A stretch of 64,000 bases of DNA from Verrucomicrobia bacterium UBA6176 (GCA_002422905.1 DITU01000173.1:400-64399); one strand, 5' to 3'; positions 40,804 through 50,440 are shown, counted from the stretch's first letter. Notes: generated from the sequence alone by a model not told the origin. Numbers and translations: made by a program.

Positions 40804-41100
40804 GCTTGGGTTACCGCAGCAGTCCTTGGCGCCGTAGGGGAACGGTCGAGGTGACCCTGATCCAGCCCGGGAAGCAGTCGGCTCTTGATTCCCGAGCCTT
40901 CTGGATGCTCGGCACTGCGGGCCGAATGCCATGGGGTCTTCACCCCAAGGGGAACCACCCCATGGAGAAGACACCCGGCCATCCCGCAAGATTTGATCCT
41001 GAGATCAGCAATTCTCCTTCCATTTGAAGACCGCGCCGGGCGAGCCCCGATCCGGTCTCCAGAAAGAAAATCCTTCCGTAACAAACTCCAAAGCAATCCC

Positions 41101-44100
41101 ATGAAAAACAAACATCCATCCACTTCGCCTCCGGGCGAGTTCGCCCCTGACGGAGCGGACCAATTCCACGTATCACCCCCCAGAAGACCCAGGCGTTTGC
41201 TGGGCCTGATGGCGGGCCTGATGGGCCTGCTGTTTGCAGCTCCTACCGAGGTTCAGGCGCAGCAGACACCTCCGGGTTGTACCGGCAGCGGCCTGGGCAT
41301 CTCGCTCTTCACGAGCAGCCCGGACGTGCACATCGGCGATACCATCCGGTACAGCGTCAATGTCTTCAACGGGATCCCAGGATCTCCCCGGATTGTTTGC
41401 GATGCCATCGACATCCAGGCGGGAATTGTCACGCCGGACGGTGTGACCAACCGCATCACCTTGGTGCGGACTGCGCTGAGCAATGGCCAATCGGACTTCT
41501 ATGCCGACGTGGTCAGCTACGTGGTGCGGGCCCAGGACATCCGGTCTGACGGATCGGTCCGTGCGACGGCGTTCGACGACGGCATCATCCTGCAGAACGA
41601 CACGCCCAGCCGGGGCGGCAGTGATCAGGGTGTGAACACGGAAGTCAGCCAGCCTTGTATCGGCATCAGTGTCACGTGTCTTGGAACGACCGGTGAGGAT
41701 GGATTGATCAGCTTCTCCGGCCTCGTGACCAACTGCGGCAACAACACGCTGGTGGGGGTGACGGTTACGAACAGCAACGAGAACGGATCCTTCCGCGTGG
41801 TGTTCACCAACAATATTCTCCGCGGTGAAACGGTGGCGTTCACGGGCAGTTTCAACCCGTTGAACCCCTGTACAACCGACACGGTCACGCTGGTGGCCAC
41901 GGGTACCGACCAGTTCACGTCCAATCCCCGGACGGTCATGGCCAGTGCGAGTGCGACCTGCGCGACGTCGCTGAACCCGGGCATCGCCGTGACCAAGGTG
42001 TGTCCGGTGGGACCGGTTTCGCCGGGCCAACAGCTTGTCTATACGGGCACGGTCCGCAACACGGGCAATGTGACCCTGACGAACGTCACGGTGGTGAGTG
42101 ATTCGCCGGCCAACACCGTGGTGTTGACCCTGGCGACGCTGGCTCCCGGTGCGACGGCGAATTATACCGGCAGCTATACGGCTCCGGTGGATTGTTCAAC
42201 GACGAGCAGTGTGGTGGCACGTGGTACGAGCATCTGCGGCGTTCCGGTGACCAGTTCGGCGAGTTCGACCTGCGCGATCGTGACGACCCCGCTGATTGCG
42301 GTGACGACGGTCTGTGCGACCGACGTGGCGGCTCCGGGTGGGGTGCAGACCTATAACGGCACGGTGCGCAACACGGGCAACATTCCCTTGAAGAACATTG
42401 TTGTCCGCAGCGACCGTCCGGCGGCGAACACCACGGTGTTCACGGTGGCGACCCTCGCGCCGGGCGCCACGGCGACCTTCAGCGGGACCTATACGGTGCC
42501 CCTGACCGATGCCTGTGCGGTGACGACCACGGTGGTTGCCACGGGCCAGGACATCTGCACGGATGCATCGGTGACATCGACGGCGGTGGTCACCTGCGGA
42601 GTGACGACGGCGCCCCTGCTGGCGCTGACACTGGACTGTCCGACGGTTCCGTCCGCGACGGGCGGACAGATCGTTTTCACCGGCACGGTGAGGAACTCGG
42701 GCAACGTCACGTTGAACAACGTGTCGGTGGTCAATTCACAGGCCTCACCCAGCACGGTTTTGACGGTGGCGACCCTTGCACCGGGCGCCTCGGCGAACTT
42801 CACGGTGAGCTTCACGACCCCGATGGATGTCTGTGAAGTGTCCGCCACGGTGAATGCCAGCGGCACGGATGCCTGCACGACCCTGGGCGTCACAGCGACC
42901 CGCTCGGTCACCTGTCCCCTGATGACGTCCCCGGCGCTGGTGGTCACCCAGGAGTGTCCGCCGTCCCCGGCCAGTCCGGGCGGCCTCTTCAGCTATACCG
43001 GGACGGTCCGGAACACGGGCAACGTCACCCTGACCAATGTGGTGGTGAGCGATGATCGCAACGGGTTCGCCGGCACGCCGACGACGACGTTGTGGGCGGA
43101 CGACGACGTCCCCGCTGGCTCGACCCTGAGCGTCGAAGGCAATGACACGTGGAACTTCGTCCAATCGAACCCGACGCCGTTCAGTGGCAACCGGGCTCAT
43201 CAATCCAACCTGGGGTCCGGTCGTCGACAGCACTTCTTCGAGGGTGCAACTGATGGCCTGACGGTCAACGCGGGTGACATCCTGATTGCCTATATCTACA
43301 TCGATCCGGCGAACCTGCCGAGCGAGGTGATGTTGCAGTGGAATGACGGCACGAGCTGGGAACACCGTGCGTACTGGGGAGCGAACCTCATCAACTACGG
43401 CCAGAACGGAACCGACAGCCGTCGATTCATGGGCGCACTGCCTGTGGCGGGTCAATGGGTGCGGCTTGAAGTGCCCGCCCGGTTGGTGGGTCTTGAGAAC
43501 AAGGTCCTCCGGGGCGCTTCCTATACCCTGTTTGACGGTCGTGCCACGTGGGATGCCCTGGGCAAGTTGTCCGGCGCTGCGAACCCCACGGAAGTCTTCA
43601 CGGTGGCCCGCCTGGCTCCGGGAGCCTCGGCCAGCTTCAGCGGAAGCTACACGTTGCCGACCATCGGCACCTGTTCCGTCACCAGCACCCTGATTGCGGC
43701 TGCGATGGACAACTGCAGCAAGGTGAATGTCACGGCCACCACGAGCAGCACCTGCCCGTTGCTGACCGAGCCGGCGATTGAAGTCAGCCAGTCCTGCCCG
43801 CCCTCCGCGGGTGTGATGGGTCAGTTGCTCAATTACACCGGCACCGTGAAGAACATCGGCAACATCATGCTGACCAATGTCGTGGTGCGGAACAGCCGCA
43901 CCGGGACCTCACCGGTGCTCGTCCTCGCGACCCTGTCGCCGGGTGAGTCCGCGAACTTCTCCGGGAGCTATGTGGTGCCCGTCAACTGCTGTACCATCTC
44001 CAGCACTGCCACCGCCACTGGCGGCGACATCTGCACGGGCACGGTGGTTGCCGACACGGCGACCTCGACCTGCCAGGTCCTCTCCTCGCCGCAGATCACG

Positions 44101-45276
44101 GTGACGAAGGTCTGTCCGCTGGTGCCCTCGATCCCGGGCGTCCTGCATGAGTACACCGGGACCGTCATGAACACGGGTGACATCACCCTGACCGATGTCT
44201 ATGTGGTCAATGATCGCACGGGTGCGGATGCCCCGATGATCGGACCCCTCACCCTGGCACCCGGCGAATCCGCCGAGTTCTCCGGTTCCTACATCTACCG
44301 GGCCGACTATTGCGGAAACGATTCGGTCATCGGCACGGGCGTCAGCATCTGCGGCGTCACCGTGACCAACCGTGCGACCACCATCTGTCCGGCCATTGCG
44401 ACCCTTCCGGGCATTGAGGTGACCAAGAACTGTCCTGAGGTTCTTCCCAGCTTTGGCACCTTCTATACCTTCACCGGCACGGTGCGCAACACGGGCAATG
44501 TGACCCTGATCGATGTGTATGTGGTCAACAACCAGCCTACCAACAACGCGCCGGTCATCGGTCCCATCAACCTGGCGCCGGGTCAGACGGTCAACTTCAC
44601 CGGAACGTTTCTGGCTCCGATGGATTGCTGTGAAATCACCGAGACCATCATCGCCACCGGTCGTGACCTTTGCTCCGGCAACACCGTCACGGATCGTGCC
44701 TCGACCGCCTGTCCCATCCTGACCATCCCGCGCCTGGTGGTGGTTGAGAACTGCCCGGTTGGATCCGTGGGTGTGGGCGGCCTGTTCAGTTTCACTGGTT
44801 CGATCACCAACACCGGCGACGTCAACCTGACCAATGTGGTGGTCTTCAGTACCCGCTCCAGCGGAGTCCGGGTTCCGCTCCTTGGTCCGGTTGAACTGGC
44901 CCCGGGCGAATCCGCCCGGTTCAACGGCAGTTATGTCGTGGCTTCCAACGATAATCCGTCCCAGGACGTCATCGAGGCCACGGGCATGGATACCTGCCTG
45001 GGCCGCACCGTGATTGCCCGGGCGAACTGCGCAGGTGTCATCGACCTGTCCTCCCCGCCGATGCTCACCTTCGTGGGCCTGGTGAATGGCGTGGCCACCG
45101 TGTCGTGGGACTCGGTCGCGGGACGCACCTATACCCTGCAATGCAAGGCGAACCAGGAGGATCCGATCTGGATCGACATCCCGGGAAATGTGACTGCAAC
45201 CGGCGGCACCGCATCGAAGACCGACGTTGTCGGCCCGAGTGTGCGTCGCTTCTACCGGGTGCTGGTGACGGAGTAG
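41101..45276 (+). CDS. Giant secreted Cys-rich protein with about ten DUF11-type repeats, one nested W-rich domain and a C-terminal module ending in FYRV
   Basis: Recurrent Y(T/N)GTVRNTGNVTLTNV...LAPG...(F/Y)(S/T)G(S/T)(Y/F) units of about 105 aa. Signal-like segment LLGLMAGLMGLLFAAPTEVQA. ATG 41101 is preferred over the track start 40885, but the exact start is uncertain. Confidence 0.8.
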   Translation: MKNKHPSTSPPGEFAPDGADQFHVSPPRRPRRLLGLMAGLMGLLFAAPTEVQAQQTPPGCTGSGLGISLFTSSPDVHIGDTIRYSVNVFNGIPGSPRIVCDAIDIQAGIVTPDGVTNRITLVRTALSNGQSDFYADVVSYVVRAQDIRSDGSVRATAFDDGIILQNDTPSRGGSDQGVNTEVSQPCIGISVTCLGTTGEDGLISFSGLVTNCGNNTLVGVTVTNSNENGSFRVVFTNNILRGETVAFTGSFNPLNPCTTDTVTLVATGTDQFTSNPRTVMASASATCATSLNPGIAVTKVCPVGPVSPGQQLVYTGTVRNTGNVTLTNVTVVSDSPANTVVLTLATLAPGATANYTGSYTAPVDCSTTSSVVARGTSICGVPVTSSASSTCAIVTTPLIAVTTVCATDVAAPGGVQTYNGTVRNTGNIPLKNIVVRSDRPAANTTVFTVATLAPGATATFSGTYTVPLTDACAVTTTVVATGQDICTDASVTSTAVVTCGVTTAPLLALTLDCPTVPSATGGQIVFTGTVRNSGNVTLNNVSVVNSQASPSTVLTVATLAPGASANFTVSFTTPMDVCEVSATVNASGTDACTTLGVTATRSVTCPLMTSPALVVTQECPPSPASPGGLFSYTGTVRNTGNVTLTNVVVSDDRNGFAGTPTTTLWADDDVPAGSTLSVEGNDTWNFVQSNPTPFSGNRAHQSNLGSGRRQHFFEGATDGLTVNAGDILIAYIYIDPANLPSEVMLQWNDGTSWEHRAYWGANLINYGQNGTDSRRFMGALPVAGQWVRLEVPARLVGLENKVLRGASYTLFDGRATWDALGKLSGAANPTEVFTVARLAPGASASFSGSYTLPTIGTCSVTSTLIAAAMDNCSKVNVTATTSSTCPLLTEPAIEVSQSCPPSAGVMGQLLNYTGTVKNIGNIMLTNVVVRNSRTGTSPVLVLATLSPGESANFSGSYVVPVNCCTISSTATATGGDICTGTVVADTATSTCQVLSSPQITVTKVCPLVPSIPGVLHEYTGTVMNTGDITLTDVYVVNDRTGADAPMIGPLTLAPGESAEFSGSYIYRADYCGNDSVIGTGVSICGVTVTNRATTICPAIATLPGIEVTKNCPEVLPSFGTFYTFTGTVRNTGNVTLIDVYVVNNQPTNNAPVIGPINLAPGQTVNFTGTFLAPMDCCEITETIIATGRDLCSGNTVTDRASTACPILTIPRLVVVENCPVGSVGVGGLFSFTGSITNTGDVNLTNVVVFSTRSSGVRVPLLGPVELAPGESARFNGSYVVASNDNPSQDVIEATGMDTCLGRTVIARANCAGVIDLSSPPMLTFVGLVNGVATVSWDSVAGRTYTLQCKANQEDPIWIDIPGNVTATGGTASKTDVVGPSVRRFYRVLVTE
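41269..45030 (+). repeat. Intragenic array of divergent approx. 315-bp units encoding DUF11-like domains
   Basis: Protein-level periodicity with conserved Cys spacing. The DNA copies are diverged and are not recent duplicates. Confidence 0.75.
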
Positions 45277-45300
45277 GCGGGTTGTCCTGAATGAAATGAT

Positions 45301-45334
45301 CCCGGCCGGGGGCGGATGCCTCCGGCTGGGTTTT
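45301..45334 (+). terminator. Intrinsic terminator after the giant adhesin gene
   Basis: 12-bp stem CCCGGCCGGGGG/CCTCCGGCTGGG (two G-U pairs), 6-nt loop, then TTTT. Confidence 0.7.
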
Positions 45335-45493
45335 CGCCGGGTTTCCGTGCTTTTCCTGACGGAGCGCCTGGACAGCGGAGATGAACGCAGATCCTTGCAG
45401 ACGGGGCGGGCCGATCCCAACCCCCTGCATCCTTCTCCAGGGATCTGCGTTCACCTCCAGTCTGACAGTTTGCAGGGAACAGATTTGAATTTC

Positions 45494-46252
45494 ATGAACC
45501 TCCTCCATCGAGTTCGGACGGCATGGCTGACCCTGTTGGGTGCGGCGCTGGTGGGTTGTATGAATCCGGGTATGGCCGGATCGTTGGCGTGGGAAACCCT
45601 GGTCAGGAAGCACACGGCTAGGCCGGGTGAGACCAACATTCCCCTCACCTTCAGGCTGACCAATGCCGCGACATCCGGCGATGTGATCATCACGGGGGTC
45701 CGGCCCTCGTGTGGCTGTACCACGGCCCGGATGCCGCCACTTCCGTGGCGTCTAACGCCCGGGAGCAGTGGGCAGATCGAGGCGAACGTCGACATCCGGG
45801 GCAAGCGCGGTGTCATCAGCAAGGTCGTCTTTGTCGACACCACGGCGGGAACCAACATGCTTTCCCTGGTGATCACCGTGCCGGAGGACCGGATGCGGAA
45901 CCAGGAATTGGCTCTGGCGGATCGTCAGGCGGTTTTCCGCGGCGAGTGTGCCTCGTGTCATGTCCATCCCGCCATCGGTCAGACCGGTGCCGCCCTGTAT
46001 GGCCTGGCCTGTGGGATCTGCCATGACTCCGAGCATCGGGCCACCATGGTGCCGAGCCTGGATGCGCTGGGGAAGCTGACCGATCGCGAGTACTGGGATC
46101 ATTGGATCCGGCATGGGAAAGCGGGCACCTTGATGCCGGCCTTCGCCCAGGCTGAGGGCGGCCCGCTCCCTGAGAACCAGATCCGGTCACTGGTAGATTA
46201 TCTGGTCAACCGTCCGAAACCGGTTCCAGCACCGTCCAACCCGGGCCCATGA
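45494..46252 (+). CDS. DUF1573 domain / c-type cytochrome fusion (two CXXCH), copy 2, lipoprotein
   Basis: Lipobox LVGC. RPSCGCT (DUF1573). CASCH and CGICH. Colinear with copy 1 over its DUF1573 and cytochrome c domains; copy 1 carries an extra approx. 75-aa N-terminal linker. Confidence 0.7.
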   Translation: MNLLHRVRTAWLTLLGAALVGCMNPGMAGSLAWETLVRKHTARPGETNIPLTFRLTNAATSGDVIITGVRPSCGCTTARMPPLPWRLTPGSSGQIEANVDIRGKRGVISKVVFVDTTAGTNMLSLVITVPEDRMRNQELALADRQAVFRGECASCHVHPAIGQTGAALYGLACGICHDSEHRATMVPSLDALGKLTDREYWDHWIRHGKAGTLMPAFAQAEGGPLPENQIRSLVDYLVNRPKPVPAPSNPGP

Positions 46253-46394
46253 TCCGGACAAACCAATTTTCCCTGAAGCCGGTCCGCAGTTTCTGCGAGT
46301 GCCATGAAAGGTTTCAGAGAAGGACCGCCCGTCGGTCGCCGGTGCAGCGTCACAAACTCCGTGTGAAGTGACGCCCGCCGGTGGCGGACGGGAA

Positions 46395-46430
46395 TCCTGC
46401 GGCCCCCCATCTCCTGACGGGGCCGCAGGA
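46395..46430 (+). other. Perfect 12-bp GC-rich hairpin (TCCTGCGGCCCC / GGGGCCGCAGGA, 12-nt loop)
   Basis: Read directly from the sequence. No U-tract. Lies 54 nt upstream of the ElaB-like start and about 140 nt after cytochrome fusion copy 2. Confidence 0.5.
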
Positions 46431-46483
46431 CGGGCCCTGCCTTACGTTCGTGAAGATTTTAGAAACAACTTAGTTAAACGATT

Positions 46484-46789
46484 ATGGATAAACATACCCA
46501 AGCCATTGCAGATGATATCAGCCAGTTGGCGTACGACGCCCGGGCCTTGATGGTCGCCACCGCCGACGTTGCGGGGGGGAAGATCGGTGAGGCCCGCGAG
46601 CGTCTGGGAACGGCGCTGGAACGGTGCAAGGAGATGTCCGGGCGCGCCCGTGACAAGGCCATGGATGGATGCCGGGCCACGGATGCGGCGGTTCACCAAT
46701 ACCCCTATCAGGCCATCGCCATCGGAGTCGGGATGGGTGCGCTCGTCGGATTCCTCCTGGTGCGCCGGCTCTGTCGCAGCCGGAACTGA
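46484..46789 (+). CDS. DUF883/ElaB/YqjD-like C-tail-anchored stress protein
   Basis: Helical N-part, HQYPYQAIAIGVGMGALVGFLLVRR C-terminal anchor. AT-rich upstream region. Confidence 0.7.
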   Translation: MDKHTQAIADDISQLAYDARALMVATADVAGGKIGEARERLGTALERCKEMSGRARDKAMDGCRATDAAVHQYPYQAIAIGVGMGALVGFLLVRRLCRSRN

Positions 46790-46975
46790 GGGAACAACGG
46801 TGGGATGGGATGGACGACCTGGGAGCGGTGCCCGGGGTGCCGACCCATGAGCGTTGCTCATGGTGATGTTGGTTTCCGGGTCTGATCGGGTGCCATGGGG
46901 GCAGATACCCTGTGCATCCGGTGGATTTATATCGGAAAGAGCGTCGCGTTGGGGTGTATTACACGCTCTTATGGA

Positions 46976-47890
46976 ATGGCGTATTTCAAGATGAATTGGA
47001 CTCCCCTGAATCTCACTGTGCGGGTCGGCTGCAGTCTGGCGTATCAGACGACTGTGCCGACGCCCGTGTTGTTCGTGCTCAGGCCGCGCCTGGAAGGCCG
47101 GGTGTTGGTCATGCAGGAGAGGCTTTCGTTCGGGATCGGGCGCCCTTCCTACGAGTTCCAGGATAGTCATGGGAACATCACGTATCGATCCACCCTGATG
47201 CCGGGGCGCAATGAGATCCGTCATGACGCCATGGTGGCGGTGTCATCGATGCCTGACACCCGGCAGTTGCGGGGTCCGATCGTGCCGGTGGGTGAGCTGC
47301 CATCGGAACTGCTGCGATATACGTTGCCGAGCCGGTACTGCGATTCGGACAAGCTGATGGATTTTGCATGGAACCTGTTTGGGCAGGTGCCGCATGGGAT
47401 GCCTCGGGTGCAGGCGATCTGCGATTGGGTCCACAACAACATCGAGTATCGGTTCGCCTCCGGGCGACCGGATCTGTCGGCATCGGAGGTGATCGGGCGG
47501 CGGCATGGTGTGTGCCGGGATTTTGCCCATGTGGCCATCGCCCTGTGCCGTGCCTTCAACCTGCCGGCGCGTTATGTGACCGGACATCTGCCGGACATCG
47601 GGTACATCGATCCGGGTTCACCCATGGATTTCCACGCATACAGCGAGGTGTATCTGGGGAACGAATGGCTGACTTTTGATCCGCGGTACAATGTGCCGCG
47701 GATTGGCCGGGTGAAGGTGGCGCACGGGGCGGACGCGGTGGATGGGGCTTTTGCGACGATTTATGGCGAGGCGACGCTGACCCATTTCGAGGTTTGGGCC
47801 TACCAGGTGAATCCGCTGCACGTGTCGGTCGGGGATCCGGTCGATCTGACCCGCCGTCTGGATGGGGATCTGACGCTCCGGCTCGGGTAG
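46976..47890 (+). CDS. Transglutaminase-like cysteine protease family protein
   Basis: Bact_transglu_N-like N-part. Catalytic GVCRDFAHV...DFHAYSEVYL...FDP (Cys-His-Asp). The start is uncertain (46895-46991). Confidence 0.75.
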   Translation: MAYFKMNWTPLNLTVRVGCSLAYQTTVPTPVLFVLRPRLEGRVLVMQERLSFGIGRPSYEFQDSHGNITYRSTLMPGRNEIRHDAMVAVSSMPDTRQLRGPIVPVGELPSELLRYTLPSRYCDSDKLMDFAWNLFGQVPHGMPRVQAICDWVHNNIEYRFASGRPDLSASEVIGRRHGVCRDFAHVAIALCRAFNLPARYVTGHLPDIGYIDPGSPMDFHAYSEVYLGNEWLTFDPRYNVPRIGRVKVAHGADAVDGAFATIYGEATLTHFEVWAYQVNPLHVSVGDPVDLTRRLDGDLTLRLG

Positions 47891-47994
47891 GGGGTGTCCG
47901 GCGGGTTCATCGACGGGCATTTTTCTGAGTCTTGCGCTTGCGTCGATGGGGTCTCCGGGCCGAGAAACTGCACCCCGGTTTCCGGGAATCCTGA

Positions 47995-48669
47995 ATGAAA
48001 TCCAAAGGCATGAATGACGCGCAGTTCCTGGCGCTGCTCGAGAAGGTACTACCCCAGGCGACATCGGATCCCCACGTGGCGTCCGCGATCTATGAGCGGG
48101 TGGCGCAGGAGGTGCGGTTGATCAACAACCTGAAATCCTTTGAGAAGTTCTGTACCGAAGGTTCCCTGCCCGATCTGGAGCCGGCCACGGTGGATGGGTT
48201 CCGGGAGCAGTTGGTTACGAATTTTGCCAATGCCCAGGTCTCGGTGGAGCCCTCCGAGAAGGGAGATTCGGTGGCGGTGGAGATCGTGTTGCCGGATCGC
48301 AAGGTGTCGAACCGCCTGAAGGTGGTTCCGCCGGGCACGGATGAAGAAGAGGTGAAGGTACCCTATGTGCCGTTCCCGGTGGCGTTGCCGGAGGATCCGG
48401 AGCTGTTCTGGATCCTGGCGCGTCGCGAGAACGTGGGGCCGGACGAAGCGGGAATCTTTCTGGCGACGGTGGAGACGGAATTCTGGGAGACAAAGACCGG
48501 GCAGAAGCTCCAACGGGATCGGGTGGAAAAGACCTTCGCCGAATTCATCGCCCGCGTACCCGCCGCCGCCCTCGCGGATCGCGGACTGAAGCGGATCTTC
48601 AAGGAACCGGAACCGTGCAAGATCCTGCATCGGGGTCCGGTCGCATCCGGGGCCGCGCCGGCGGAATAG
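47995..48669 (+). CDS. Hypothetical cytoplasmic protein (224 aa), no family recognised
   Basis: Long ORF with coding-like composition and no competing better frame. Confidence 0.5.
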   Translation: MKSKGMNDAQFLALLEKVLPQATSDPHVASAIYERVAQEVRLINNLKSFEKFCTEGSLPDLEPATVDGFREQLVTNFANAQVSVEPSEKGDSVAVEIVLPDRKVSNRLKVVPPGTDEEEVKVPYVPFPVALPEDPELFWILARRENVGPDEAGIFLATVETEFWETKTGQKLQRDRVEKTFAEFIARVPAAALADRGLKRIFKEPEPCKILHRGPVASGAAPAE

Positions 48670-48702
48670 GTCTGGCGCCCGGATGCCGCCTCCGGAGCCC
48701 GC

Positions 48703-50259
48703 CTACAACGGCAGGGTGGGATCGTTGGAGGCGGGCAGCGGATGTTCGCCCACGTTTCCGATCAGGTTGGTTTCCCGATGGAATCGGACGATCGCCTCCC
48801 GGGTTTCGAGTCGGTCGGGAGCGGTTGCGGTGACGGGGAGGGAGAATTGACCGTCGGGGAAGGCGAACCGGAAGCTGAACGAGCCATCGGAACGAAGCGG
48901 GATGGGGTGGCCGGCGACGGTGACGGACGCGCGGGGATCGGTGCTGCCGTGGAGGATGACTTCGGCATTGATGCGCATCCAGAAGTCGCGCTCCGGGTGC
49001 GTCGACGGGGTGGTGGCGCTTTCCCCGCTGGAGGGAGACGCGCTGGAGGTGAGGGGAAGGGGGATCGGATGGGAGGGTTGACCGCTGATCTCCGCTCCCG
49101 ATCCGGCCAGAGATTCGGAAGTTCCCGGTTGGCCATCGAGGAACCAGGCCCAGGCCCATCGGGTCGGCTCCGGAATGAAGGGGGGCGGTTCAACCGGGAT
49201 GAACCGCGGGGGTGAAGCGGGATCCGGACTCAGGAATGGGGCAGCCCAGGTGATTTCTGCGGCGGTTCCGGGAGCGGCCGGTTCGCGATGATCGGGCGGG
49301 GTATGGATCTGGTGGGAGATGGCCACCCCCTGCCATCCGGTGCGACGGGATTCAAATCCCAGTTCCGCAACGTAGATGCGACCGGGTTCGAGGACGGGCA
49401 TGAGGGTGGTTCCGGAATCCTCGGGTGCAGGACGTTCGGTGATCACCGGACCTTCCGCGGAGTCAACGTGGAGTCGCATCCACCATCGCCCGCCGGACCG
49501 GGGGACCCCGGGTGTTGCGGAGGATTCGGCGGAGGGCTCATCGGGAGCGCGATCCCAATGGGCTACCACGGTGAAGGGATCGCGAGCGGTGAGCCAGACG
49601 ATGGGAGCGAGGTCCTGGGGAGACAGGGTCAGATCAGGTGACGGGGAACTGGCTGCGGGACTCCGGGTGAGTGGGGTTGCAGGCGGTGACGGGAATGCGG
49701 CGATGTCGGATTCCACATCCGGTTCGTCCTGGGTGAAGAGGATCGAGGGAAGGAGTGGGGCTACCGGGAGGGGTGCGATTGGGCGATGTGGCGCGGGGGA
49801 GGGCGCAGTGTGACTTGGATGGACGAAAAAGGTTTGGGGCCTAGGCGTGGCCGGAACAGGGGCTGGGAGCGGATCAGGCAATTCCAGAGGTACAGCGGCC
49901 TGATCGGCAGAAGGAATGGGATCGCCTTCGACGAATGGGAGTTGGGGAAGCGACCGGGAGCGTTTTCCGATCTGGCGGACCTTGGGTTGGAGTGTTGGCC
50001 GGGTGACATGGCATCGGGGAGGGGCGATGTTCCGGGTGAACCGGGCTGGTTGCCGCCAACCTTGTCCGAGGGGATCGAAGGCGGCCCGGCGCAGGGGGGA
50101 AGGTCGTGGCCGAGCCCGCCATTGATCGGTGGTTTGATGGAGCGGACGCCAGGAGCGGCCGGGGAGTGGGGCGACGGTCGGGGCCGGATCCGGACGGAGC
50201 CGGAGCCGGGGTTGGGGGAGGGGAGTCGGCAGGGATTGCCGCGGTGGATCAATCTTCAT
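48703..50259 (-). CDS. DUF4912-like protein with a Pro-rich N-terminal half
   Basis: WLTARDPFTVVAHWD... and C-terminal FWMRINAEVILHGSTDPRASVTVAGHPIPLRSDGSFSFRFAFPDGQFSLPV resemble the DUF4912 pattern, judged from memory. Confidence 0.5.
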   Translation of the reverse strand: MKIDPPRQSLPTPLPQPRLRLRPDPAPTVAPLPGRSWRPLHQTTDQWRARPRPSPLRRAAFDPLGQGWRQPARFTRNIAPPRCHVTRPTLQPKVRQIGKRSRSLPQLPFVEGDPIPSADQAAVPLELPDPLPAPVPATPRPQTFFVHPSHTAPSPAPHRPIAPLPVAPLLPSILFTQDEPDVESDIAAFPSPPATPLTRSPAASSPSPDLTLSPQDLAPIVWLTARDPFTVVAHWDRAPDEPSAESSATPGVPRSGGRWWMRLHVDSAEGPVITERPAPEDSGTTLMPVLEPGRIYVAELGFESRRTGWQGVAISHQIHTPPDHREPAAPGTAAEITWAAPFLSPDPASPPRFIPVEPPPFIPEPTRWAWAWFLDGQPGTSESLAGSGAEISGQPSHPIPLPLTSSASPSSGESATTPSTHPERDFWMRINAEVILHGSTDPRASVTVAGHPIPLRSDGSFSFRFAFPDGQFSLPVTATAPDRLETREAIVRFHRETNLIGNVGEHPLPASNDPTLPL

Positions 50260-50440
50260 GAGTCACGAAGAAGGGGCGGCATAGGAACGCCCCCGGCCAT
50301 TTGGCGGAAGGGACCCGGTGAGCGCAACCCCGCAGTCGAGGCCGATTGATGGGAGGGAGCAGCCGATGCAAGCTTGGCTGCTCCGATGGGGGCGGACGCC
50401 CCGGAGCAAAGCCGGGGTGAAGGCGGCAGCCCACGAGGAT

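Noticed and set aside
41269-45030. Diversity-generating retroelement or phase-variable cassette idea for the adhesin repeats
   Set aside because: There is no reverse transcriptase, template repeat or invertase in the window. The repeat units are diverged at DNA level and are not near-identical.
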